A stretch of 64,000 nt of DNA, from IMG/VR virus record IMGVR_UViG_3300032288_001804, positions 1 through 64,000 of that record, one strand, 5' to 3'. The position numbers and the translations under genes are program-made. Numbering within the stretch: position 1 is the stretch's first letter; every line of letters begins with the position of its first letter. The notes beneath the pieces were generated by a model. That model saw only the letters and a list, made by a program, of their open reading frames with translations. It searched no databases and was not told the DNA's origin. Origin of the DNA: a virus. Positions 1 through 6,802 of this stretch are shown one piece after another.

Positions 1-196
1 GTAACTCCTCTTAATCGTACCAGCTATACTATAATGGTATAGACGAACTTAATGAAACTGTTCTCATCGTATAGGAGATAGGGTTAGCTTTCCCGATGTC
101 ATTTAAAAAGGCAAAATGTGTTGATCCCTTGAGAAAGGATCTAGTTGGTGGGTCATCCAGTTATGACACAACACTGAGGACTTCTCATCCTCAAAT

Positions 197-341
197 AGTC
201 AGGTGGCGGAATGGTAGACGCACCCAAAGTATGTGAGGGAAACATAATTATATAGATAGTTTACTGCCTTAAGGTAGTAAGTCCTGAAAGTTTAAACTTT
301 TAATTGTAAAAGTTATACAGGTTCGAATCCTGTCCTGACTG
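197..341 (+). ncRNA. tRNA-like RNA (Leu-type D arm) with a ~95-nt expanded central domain and no canonical anticodon arm
   Basis: Acceptor stem AGTCAGG(197-203)/CCTGACT(334-340); D arm TGGCGGAATGGTAGACGC; T arm ACAGG-TTCGAAT-CCTGT (317-333); bases 222-316 contain several hairpins. Confidence 0.75.
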
Positions 342-390
342 CACTTATAGTGATGTATAGTCAATGAGTAATTGATTAAAACTATTGACA

Positions 391-406
391 CCTCGGAAAG
401 ACGAGG
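391..406 (+). other. small stable RNA hairpin between the tRNA-like genes
   Basis: CCTCG-GAAAGA-CGAGG. Confidence 0.45.
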
Positions 407-411
407 GACAT

Positions 412-528
412 AGGGGAAAGCGCAGGGCGCATAGGTTCATAAAGTGTCGGTAATCAAAACGAGTGAATAAGCAAAAGAAGCTCTGAGAGCAAAACACACC
501 TAAAGGGGTTCGACTCCCCTTTCCCTTG
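412..528 (+). ncRNA. second tRNA-like RNA with a minimal D arm and an extended central domain
   Basis: Acceptor AGGGGAA(412-418)/TTCCCTT(521-527); T arm AGGGG-TTCGACT-CCCCT (504-520); GCGC-AGG-GCGC mini D hairpin; TAGGT/ACCTA and GTGT/ACAC long-range helices. Confidence 0.65.
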
Positions 529-541
529 CTAATAATAACTT

Positions 542-745
542 ATGTTAAATAGATTACCAACTATTAAGGATAAGGTTGTATATACTAGAACTAAGCATCA
601 ATGTATATCCTGTGGTAATAAAATTCCTCCACAGAATTATATGAGATATATAACTTTTAGGTATCACCCACCCTTTACTGTATATGTATGCCGGGTATGT
701 AATGAGCAAGAGGCTCATAATTTACCAGAGGTAAAGATTAAATAA
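542..745 (+). CDS. small zinc-ribbon protein
   Basis: HQCISC...VCRVC, two CxxC pairs. Confidence 0.65.
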   Translation: MLNRLPTIKDKVVYTRTKHQCISCGNKIPPQNYMRYITFRYHPPFTVYVCRVCNEQEAHNLPEVKIK

Positions 746-746
746 C

Positions 747-754
747 TATATTTG
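747..754 (+). promoter_or_regulatory. Bacteroidota sigma70 -7 promoter element
   Basis: TATATTTG matches TAnnTTTG, 18 nt upstream of the GroES start. Confidence 0.55.
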
Positions 755-772
755 TAAAAACAAAAACCAATT

Positions 773-1045
773 ATGAAATTGCACGGAAAAAGAATTCTCA
801 TTGAGAAGCCTGTAAAACCTGAGTCTCAGGTATTATTAACAGCAGAATCTGAAGCTGCTATGGAACAAGAATGGATGAAGAGCTGGACTAAACTTAAAGT
901 ACATGCTACTGGATCTGAATGTACTAATGTACAACCAGGAGATTTGGTATATGTAGGAAACGCGTTAGCTAACTCTGAGATCATTGACATTGAGGGTAGC
1001 TTATACTTTCTTGTTAACGAAGCTGCAGTATGCATAACGTGGTAG
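773..1045 (+). CDS. groES: GroES-like co-chaperonin
   Basis: 90 aa; MKLHGKRILIEK...VHATG...VQPGDLVYV...IEGSLYFLVNE fits the Cpn10 pattern. Confidence 0.75.
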   Translation: MKLHGKRILIEKPVKPESQVLLTAESEAAMEQEWMKSWTKLKVHATGSECTNVQPGDLVYVGNALANSEIIDIEGSLYFLVNEAAVCITW

Positions 1046-1203
1046 ACATATTAAAGGAACTAGCAGTGCAGATGGATAATCTGCGTAACAATAAAACAGT
1101 TCCTTATCTTAACCCCTATAAGGGTATAGATGATTGTGTTGATCTAGTTAACCGCAAAATACGTGAGCTTGAAAGAGAAAAGTCTAATCAAGAAAGTAAC
1201 TAG
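1039..1203 (+). CDS. hypothetical protein (54 aa, not in the ORF track)
   Basis: GTG...TAG, MVDILKELAVQMDNLRNNK...KSNQESN; fills the gap between GroES and the next gene. Confidence 0.5.
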   Translation: MVDILKELAVQMDNLRNNKTVPYLNPYKGIDDCVDLVNRKIRELEREKSNQESN

Positions 1204-1588
1204 AAAACAATTAAAGATTACTGAATCTGGCCGAAGCACGGACTTTATTGCTCCTAGCTTTGGCCACGGTTGTCTTTATAACTGTAGTTACTGTATAACA
1301 CCTGATACATTAATCAGGACCCCTTCTGGTTTAAGAAGGGCGGGAGAAATTCAGGAAGGAGATTCAATAATTTCTTTTTCCCTGGATACCTGGCAATTTG
1401 AAACAGATCTAGTTTCTGCAGTTGGTGAACGGGATACTGATGAACTTTATGTAATCTCAATAGGTTCAAGAACTGTGAATGTAACTGCTGAGCATCCTTT
1501 CTATACAAAGAATAGAGGTTGGGTAGAAGCAAAAGATCTAACTGTAGATGATGAACTGCTTTATGATACTGATGATTTAGACCAATAA
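1163..1588 (+). CDS. spore photoproduct lyase-like radical SAM enzyme, N-terminal part, fused to split intein N-fragment (IntN)
   Basis: SGRSTDFIAPSFGHGCLYNCSY followed by intein block A CITPDTLI (Cys1 at 1292) and block B VTAEHPFY; ends in an acidic tail and a stop; exact start codon uncertain. Confidence 0.9.
   Translation: MSLKEKSLIKKVTRKQLKITESGRSTDFIAPSFGHGCLYNCSYCITPDTLIRTPSGLRRAGEIQEGDSIISFSLDTWQFETDLVSAVGERDTDELYVISIGSRTVNVTAEHPFYTKNRGWVEAKDLTVDDELLYDTDDLDQ
1292..1585 (+). mobile_element. split intein N-fragment (98 aa)
   Basis: C1 nucleophile, TxxH block B, GWVEAKDLTVDD motif; 21 acidic vs 8 basic residues. Confidence 0.9.
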
Positions 1589-2138
1589 TATTATTGGTAT
1601 CATAAACGTCTATGTTTGCTAAAGCACAGAACCACCTAGGTAATATATGGTGGTAGTCAATGTTATCAGTTAAACCTGATAAAGCACATTCTTTAAAGTC
1701 TAACTGCTTTTTAAGTTTTAACCAGCTACCATCTGTGTAATCTGTGCTTGGAGCATTGCCGTGTATATAGTTAGGATTACCCTTACCTTTATACATAGTA
1801 GATATAGTCCTGCCTTGCTGCTTCTTACCAAGACCTTGTATTCTGCAATGAGTACAATAACCGGCACGAGCTTTAGATTTAGGACTTTGTTCACCGCAGG
1901 TTTTACATATGACCCATTTAGTACTAGCAGATGGTAATGTTTTATCAATAGTAAAAAGGCTACCTTCAAACTTCTTCATAGTTCTGAAGTCCTTGTTATA
2001 AAACTTACCAGCTTCTTGAAAGGTTCTAAACATAGGTTTAGTATCTTGGCTAAATAAAGATGTATAATTTTTTTCACAGGTATCATTGCAATAGGTTGTA
2101 TCCTTTTTTGTAATTTTACCACAATATAAACAGTTCAT
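1314..2138 (-). mobile_element. free-standing HNH homing endonuclease, antisense, between and overlapping the intein halves
   Basis: Probable start MNCLYCGK (2138); Zn-ribbon CxxC motifs; NUMOD-like KGKGNPNYIHG; HNH core YHHILP...NNIIGLNHQYHKAVH. Confidence 0.85.
1560..1606 (+). other. RNA hairpin/palindrome at the IntN stop codon
   Basis: 1560-1576 pairs with 1590-1606 (17 bp, three G-U pairs) with the TAA in the loop; a perfect palindrome ACCAATAATATTATTGGT lies at 1581-1598. Confidence 0.65.
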
Positions 2139-3015
2139 GAATCTTGAATTTAAAAAGATAACTTCTATTAATAAGATAAGTAAAAATTCTAAGGTTGTCA
2201 ACTTTTCTGTAAAAAATAATGAGAACTACTTTGCAAATGGTGTGTTAACTCATAACTGTTATATGAAACGCCACCGTCCTACGGGAGTACAGGTGGCAGA
2301 TAATGTAGATGATGTATTAGCTGCTATAACTGAGCACTACGTGGACAATGTTTATTCAGATTGGTATAACCAAAATAAGCCTAATCAAACTGATGACCAT
2401 TATATAACCTATGATATAGGTAGTAATGAAGATCTTGCTTTGCATGCTAAGTACTATGATATAGACCATATTTTTAGAACTACATATGGAAGAAGTCATC
2501 TTAAATTCTCGTTTGCTACTAAGTATGTGAACTATGATTTACCTGATGTTTCTGCTAGTATTAGAATTAGGTTTAGTCTTATGCCGCAGAAGTATTCGGA
2601 TGTGCTAGAGCCCGAGACCAGTTCTATTATAGAAAGGATCCAGGCTATAGATAAGTTTATAGATAAGGGTTATGAGGTCCACATTAACTTTAGCCCTGTT
2701 GTAGTAACAGATACTTGGCTAGATGATTACCGAGATTTGTTTATGCTTGTAGATGAGCATGTTACAAATAAGGATAAAGTAAAGTGTGAGGTTATATTTC
2801 TTACCCATAATGAAAAGAAGCATGCGTATAACCTACTGAATAATATCTCCGGCGAGGATATGCTATGGACTCCTGAGATTCAGGAAGATAAGATATCTGG
2901 TAATGGTGAAAAGAATATTAGGTACAAGCATGTGCTAAAGAGAGAGTATATTAATCAGTTTAAAGCACTGCATGATATACTGATACCTTGGTGTACAATA
3001 CGTTATATTTTCTGA
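2137..3015 (+). CDS. split intein C-fragment (40 aa) fused to the C-terminal part of the spore photoproduct lyase-like radical SAM enzyme
   Basis: VVNFSVKNNENYFANGVLTHN|CYMKRH (blocks F/G, HN then Cys+1 at 2257); SplB-like YDIGSNED, FATKYVN, IRFSLMPQ, VHINFSPV. Confidence 0.9.
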   Translation: MNLEFKKITSINKISKNSKVVNFSVKNNENYFANGVLTHNCYMKRHRPTGVQVADNVDDVLAAITEHYVDNVYSDWYNQNKPNQTDDHYITYDIGSNEDLALHAKYYDIDHIFRTTYGRSHLKFSFATKYVNYDLPDVSASIRIRFSLMPQKYSDVLEPETSSIIERIQAIDKFIDKGYEVHINFSPVVVTDTWLDDYRDLFMLVDEHVTNKDKVKCEVIFLTHNEKKHAYNLLNNISGEDMLWTPEIQEDKISGNGEKNIRYKHVLKREYINQFKALHDILIPWCTIRYIF

Positions 3016-3016
3016 T

Positions 3017-3325
3017 ATGAAAACAAGTTATAGAAACAGGCATGGTGATGTAATCACCTTTGAGAAAAAAGATAATGTAATAGAGATGACTGGTTTTGGT
3101 GAACACTTCCGCTTAGGAGGATGGCCCAGTGAAAAAGGGTTTCCTAACTATAAGTTTTCTATGATAGACCCTAGCGGTGGACCATACATTACTGCGCAAG
3201 CAGAGTGGCATGGTGAAGAGATGAGCGGTACAGATATGGGAGATTTCCTATATGACTGGCAAGGTCTTAAAATAGAATACATTACAGTAGAAGAAGGGTT
3301 AGCTAAATTACATTTATGTCATTGA
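3017..3325 (+). CDS. hypothetical protein
   Basis: ORF in operon; NRHGD and IDPSGGPYI motifs. Confidence 0.7.
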   Translation: MKTSYRNRHGDVITFEKKDNVIEMTGFGEHFRLGGWPSEKGFPNYKFSMIDPSGGPYITAQAEWHGEEMSGTDMGDFLYDWQGLKIEYITVEEGLAKLHLCH

Positions 3326-3657
3326 CAAAAGAAGAAGAGGAAAGAATCAAGATTGCTAATCTTGTAGTGTGGCTGCAGATGTGTGTATTTGCAGCAGATG
3401 AGACCATGAATATTACATGGTTTAATAGGCATAAGACCAAGTATGCTTTAAATAACTTTAGTGATACCGTTGTTAAAGAACATGGTAGACTACTGAAAGC
3501 ATTCTGGGATATGCCTGAACAAATAGATATGCCTAATGTGTGTAACAGGCTATCTGAATTTGCGGAACTCATAACCCACATGGATTATGCAGAGATGCAG
3601 GACGTAGTAGAATTAATTAAAAATTATTTAAAAGAAAAAAGAAATGGAAACACTTGA
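3316..3657 (+). CDS. hypothetical protein
   Basis: ORF overlaps both neighbours in the operon. Confidence 0.65.
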   Translation: MSLTKEEEERIKIANLVVWLQMCVFAADETMNITWFNRHKTKYALNNFSDTVVKEHGRLLKAFWDMPEQIDMPNVCNRLSEFAELITHMDYAEMQDVVELIKNYLKEKRNGNT

Positions 3658-3943
3658 TGTGTGTGCAATTGCATTTTGTACCTATGCCGTAGGTATGCTA
3701 GTAGGACTTCTTATTAATAATAAGAAGATTAAGAATCTTCAAGAAGAGGTAGCTGCGGTAGATAACTCTTACATGGACTTATTAGATAAGTACATGGTGT
3801 TATTTAGTTCACATAAAAATCTTATTTCAGCTAGATCTAAGACTATTAGACGTGGACCTGGAAGACCTAAAGGAAGTAAAAATAAACCTAAACAAGATGG
3901 CAAACCAACTACCCGTAAGTATACGCGCAAAAGTAGTAAATAA
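3644..3943 (+). CDS. membrane-anchored protein with a C-terminal AT-hook
   Basis: N-terminal hydrophobic helix, coiled coil, RRGPGRPKGSKNK. Confidence 0.65.
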   Translation: METLDVCAIAFCTYAVGMLVGLLINNKKIKNLQEEVAAVDNSYMDLLDKYMVLFSSHKNLISARSKTIRRGPGRPKGSKNKPKQDGKPTTRKYTRKSSK

Positions 3944-4271
3944 GAACTTAGAGATAGATCCTTTGGGGTCTGCTAAGCTAGGCTTATTTATTAAAGGATT
4001 ACAAGAAGGTGAAACAGTTATTATCACCTATGAAGTTCAAACTGAAGATGCTAGCTATGCTCAAATAAGCAAAGTACATAAGCATATTCGCGAACTTGCT
4101 AACTATACTGGAGACTCATTTGAAGATATGAAGCTTCAAGTTAAGTTGCGTGCAGGACTTTGCACTGACACTAACTGTAAGTCATTTTCGGAATGTGATA
4201 AAGAAGAATTATCTATGGCTATTCAGGCTTCGATTGAGATTGGGGAGCTTGTGGGTTTTTCTCTGTATTAA
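3897..4271 (+). CDS. NinB/Orf-like recombination accessory protein (putative)
   Basis: Start MANQLPV; SYAQISKVHKHIRELANYTGDSFEDMK...KSFSECDKEELS resembles the NinB pattern. Confidence 0.5.
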   Translation: MANQLPVSIRAKVVNKNLEIDPLGSAKLGLFIKGLQEGETVIITYEVQTEDASYAQISKVHKHIRELANYTGDSFEDMKLQVKLRAGLCTDTNCKSFSECDKEELSMAIQASIEIGELVGFSLY

Positions 4272-4566
4272 CCCGTTCTCCAGTTTCAATATCTATTTCA
4301 ATTTCTTCCATTAGACCTTGTTCTTCAGCAAGGTCTTCTAGGAAGATTTGAAATGCCATGACGGTATATATATGATAGGCTAGCGGGGTTTCTTGCTTGC
4401 CTTCTTTTATATCCTCCATGATTTGCTTAAAGTGCTCTTTATCTTTGTATTCAAAGTGTTCACCGAGCATTTTATTAAATCTATAATAGAAAATACCGGG
4501 TATTTCAGCTTTGATAACTTTACTCTTATCAATGATTTTTACCTTTTGGGTTTTCTTTTCAGACAT
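4219..4566 (-). CDS. hypothetical protein, lone minus-strand gene
   Basis: Start MSEKKTQ; preceded by a TAAGTTTG promoter element. Confidence 0.65.
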   Translation of the reverse strand: MSEKKTQKVKIIDKSKVIKAEIPGIFYYRFNKMLGEHFEYKDKEHFKQIMEDIKEGKQETPLAYHIYTVMAFQIFLEDLAEEQGLMEEIEIDIETGERVNTEKNPQAPQSQSKPE

Positions 4567-4583
4567 AATAATTTTATTTGTAA

Positions 4584-4591
4584 CAAACTTA
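4584..4591 (-). promoter_or_regulatory. Bacteroidota -7 promoter element for the minus-strand gene
   Basis: TAAGTTTG on the minus strand, 17 nt upstream of ATG 4566. Confidence 0.5.
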
Positions 4592-5292
4592 TGACTCAAG
4601 AAGTTAACATACAAGAAATTAGTCAAAAACTTTATGATAAGGTAAGAGACAAAGGATGGAATAAACTTCGCACTTTTTTATTATCATCTGATATGGATGA
4701 TATCTTAGAAAAATTAGTGAAAGAAGTTGAGCAAGGTAAACGCTTTACTCCTCCTGTTAAAAGTCTATTTACCGCTTTGGAAAAATGCCCTATAGATAAC
4801 GTTAGAGTAGTTATTATAGGACAAGATCCCTATCCACAATTAGGTGTTGCGGATGGTATTGCGTTTAGTTGTGGCAATACAGGTAAGATTGAGAAATCAT
4901 TACAGTATATGCATAGTTCAATTAAAGATACTGTTGATGCGGAATATGTAGGAAGTCCTGATTTGTCCCCTTGGGTGGAGCAGGGTGTGCTTATGTTAAA
5001 CTCAGCATTAACTACAACTATTGGCAAACCAGGTACGCACCAAGAATTGTGGCAACCGTTTATGGCCTATCTCCTAGATATACTGACTCATCATAAAGAT
5101 GGTTTAGTATATGTATTTTTAGGTAAGAAAGCGCAAGAATTTGCTGATATGGTACCAGATAGCAATCACAAGATTATGGTATCACATCCTGCTAGTGCTG
5201 CATATAATGGAAGTAAGTGGGACTGTAACGACATGTGGAATAAAATTAATAAACACCTAGAAGAAAATGGTCAATCCCCTATATCCTGGTAG
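4591..5292 (+). CDS. ung: uracil-DNA glycosylase family 1
   Basis: GQDPY, GIAFS, QGVLMLNSALTT and HPAS motifs; start at ATG 4591. Confidence 0.95.
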   Translation: MTQEVNIQEISQKLYDKVRDKGWNKLRTFLLSSDMDDILEKLVKEVEQGKRFTPPVKSLFTALEKCPIDNVRVVIIGQDPYPQLGVADGIAFSCGNTGKIEKSLQYMHSSIKDTVDAEYVGSPDLSPWVEQGVLMLNSALTTTIGKPGTHQELWQPFMAYLLDILTHHKDGLVYVFLGKKAQEFADMVPDSNHKIMVSHPASAAYNGSKWDCNDMWNKINKHLEENGQSPISW

Positions 5293-5566
5293 AATTAAGA
5301 TAAAAACTGTACTAGACCCAAGATTTGGTGAAGTGCATTTTGAAATAGAAGGAAGTAATATTAAGAACAAATGCCTATATGATGCGTTATCTGATTATGG
5401 TGTTAACTTAGAAAGAGCTAAAGAAATCTCTGAAGATCTAGCTAAAGATACCAATAGTGGAAAGTATTATCATATGGAGCTAATAGACTATGTAACAAAT
5501 GGCAGAAAGCGACGTGAAGAAGTTGAGGAAAAGTATTCGGGAGGATCTAGCTCAACTAAACTATGA
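5267..5566 (+). CDS. hypothetical protein
   Basis: ORF in operon. Confidence 0.55.
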   Translation: MVNPLYPGRIKIKTVLDPRFGEVHFEIEGSNIKNKCLYDALSDYGVNLERAKEISEDLAKDTNSGKYYHMELIDYVTNGRKRREEVEEKYSGGSSSTKL

Positions 5567-6020
5567 TTTAAACTTAGCAGTAGGTAAATTTTTTAATAAC
5601 ATCCAAGCTAATCTAAACAAGTATGATAAATACATTGGTGAGATTAATGCTCTTGTACCTGGTGTAGATAGCTTTAAAGTTATTATAGATCTGGCCGAAG
5701 AGTTGTATCCTGATGATTCTCCTTTCACAAAGAAGATGAAGTATCGTGGTACACAAACTGTTATTATTCGACAAGCTTGTTATTTAATAGGTGTAGAACT
5801 TGGTTTAAGTTATTCCCATATGGTAAGAGTACTCAATGATTTACACGGAGAAAAGGTTACACATCACGCTACTATGTTACATGGTGCTAATAAAACCCGG
5901 ACTGCCTTGGAGATTAAAGATAAGGCCGTATTACCTATATGGAGTAATCTTATGGCTTCTCTTCAGGAAAAACAAATAAAGAAATCATTTGTATCTTTAG
6001 CCCCTATAGATAAGCTATGA
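5499..6020 (+). CDS. DnaA domain IV-like helix-turn-helix protein
   Basis: IRQACYLIGVELGLSYSHM...HHATMLHG resembles the DnaA C-terminal RQxxMYL...DHTTVLHA. Confidence 0.6.
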   Translation: MAESDVKKLRKSIREDLAQLNYDLNLAVGKFFNNIQANLNKYDKYIGEINALVPGVDSFKVIIDLAEELYPDDSPFTKKMKYRGTQTVIIRQACYLIGVELGLSYSHMVRVLNDLHGEKVTHHATMLHGANKTRTALEIKDKAVLPIWSNLMASLQEKQIKKSFVSLAPIDKL

Positions 6021-6577
6021 AAGAACTATTTGACTTTTTAATAACTAAGGGTTTGTCGCCTAATAGTTATTATTTATTGTGGTCCATTTATAATGGTACA
6101 GCACCTCAAAACATCAAGGTACCTTTGGAAATGAGAACTGTTGCTCAGCAAGGGTATATTGATGAGGAGGGTAAGCTAACTTCTAAAGGTTTAGAAATTG
6201 TAAGATTTAACTCTAAAGTTGTAAATGCTTTACCAGATGATGCATCAGATAATATTGATAAGTATATTTCTATATTCCCTAAAGGTAAACTTCCTAGCGG
6301 TAAAGCTGCTAGAGTAAACAAGAAGAATATAGAAGATGCTTTCAAATGGTTCTTTAAAAATTATACGTATGATTGGGACACTATCCTACGTGCTACATTT
6401 TATTATGTAGAGACGTATGAAAAGACTAATTACATGTATATGAAGAATTCACAGTACTTTATACGCAAGCAAAATACAGATAAGTCCTGGGATTCTGAGC
6501 TTGCTAATTACTGTGATATAATTATTAATGGAGATGATGAGCCAGAAACTCCTCATTTCAGTGATAACGTAGTATGA
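6017..6577 (+). CDS. putative replication initiator/helicase-associated protein
   Basis: N-terminal wHTH-like segment (LTSKG); YMKNSQYFI; lies upstream of dnaB. Confidence 0.5.
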   Translation: MKELFDFLITKGLSPNSYYLLWSIYNGTAPQNIKVPLEMRTVAQQGYIDEEGKLTSKGLEIVRFNSKVVNALPDDASDNIDKYISIFPKGKLPSGKAARVNKKNIEDAFKWFFKNYTYDWDTILRATFYYVETYEKTNYMYMKNSQYFIRKQNTDKSWDSELANYCDIIINGDDEPETPHFSDNVV

Positions 6578-6777
6578 TTATAAATTTTTTCACAAAAGAA
6601 AAGGCATTAGCTTTAATTGTTAGTATCTTTTTTTCAGTACTTAGTTGGTTTATAACCAACACGTTAATTATAGAAATAGCCCTATGGCAGTACTTTCTTA
6701 TAGAATTACTGTTGCTTTTTCTAAGTTATTTTTATAAATTCGTAGTAGAAAAATTACAGATACCTCGTGCCGAATAG
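6574..6777 (+). CDS. small two-TM membrane protein
   Basis: Two hydrophobic helices. Confidence 0.6.
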   Translation: MIINFFTKEKALALIVSIFFSVLSWFITNTLIIEIALWQYFLIELLLLFLSYFYKFVVEKLQIPRAE

Positions 6778-6791
6778 GTACGGGGTTTTTT
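6762..6791 (+). terminator. intrinsic terminator
   Basis: ACCTCGTGCC-GAATA-GGTACGGGGT followed by a T run. Confidence 0.65.
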
Positions 6792-6802
6792 ATCCTTTAT
6801 AA

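Noticed and set aside
197-341. Assigning an anticodon (Leu-TAA or Ile-TAT)
   Set aside because: Neither candidate sits in a canonical 5-bp stem with a 7-nt loop and U33
412-528. Bona fide tmRNA
   Set aside because: Only 117 nt, with no tag reading frame, no G3-U70 pair and no encoded CCA
1589-2136. Group I intron or invertible switch restoring a contiguous intein
   Set aside because: The interval is fully occupied by the antisense HNH CDS with no visible ribozyme core; inverting between the two palindrome centres leaves the IntN TAA in place; no recombinase is nearby
4393-4590. N-terminal extension of Ung in the ORF track
   Set aside because: It is the antisense shadow of the 4219-4566 gene; Ung-like sequence starts at ATG 4591
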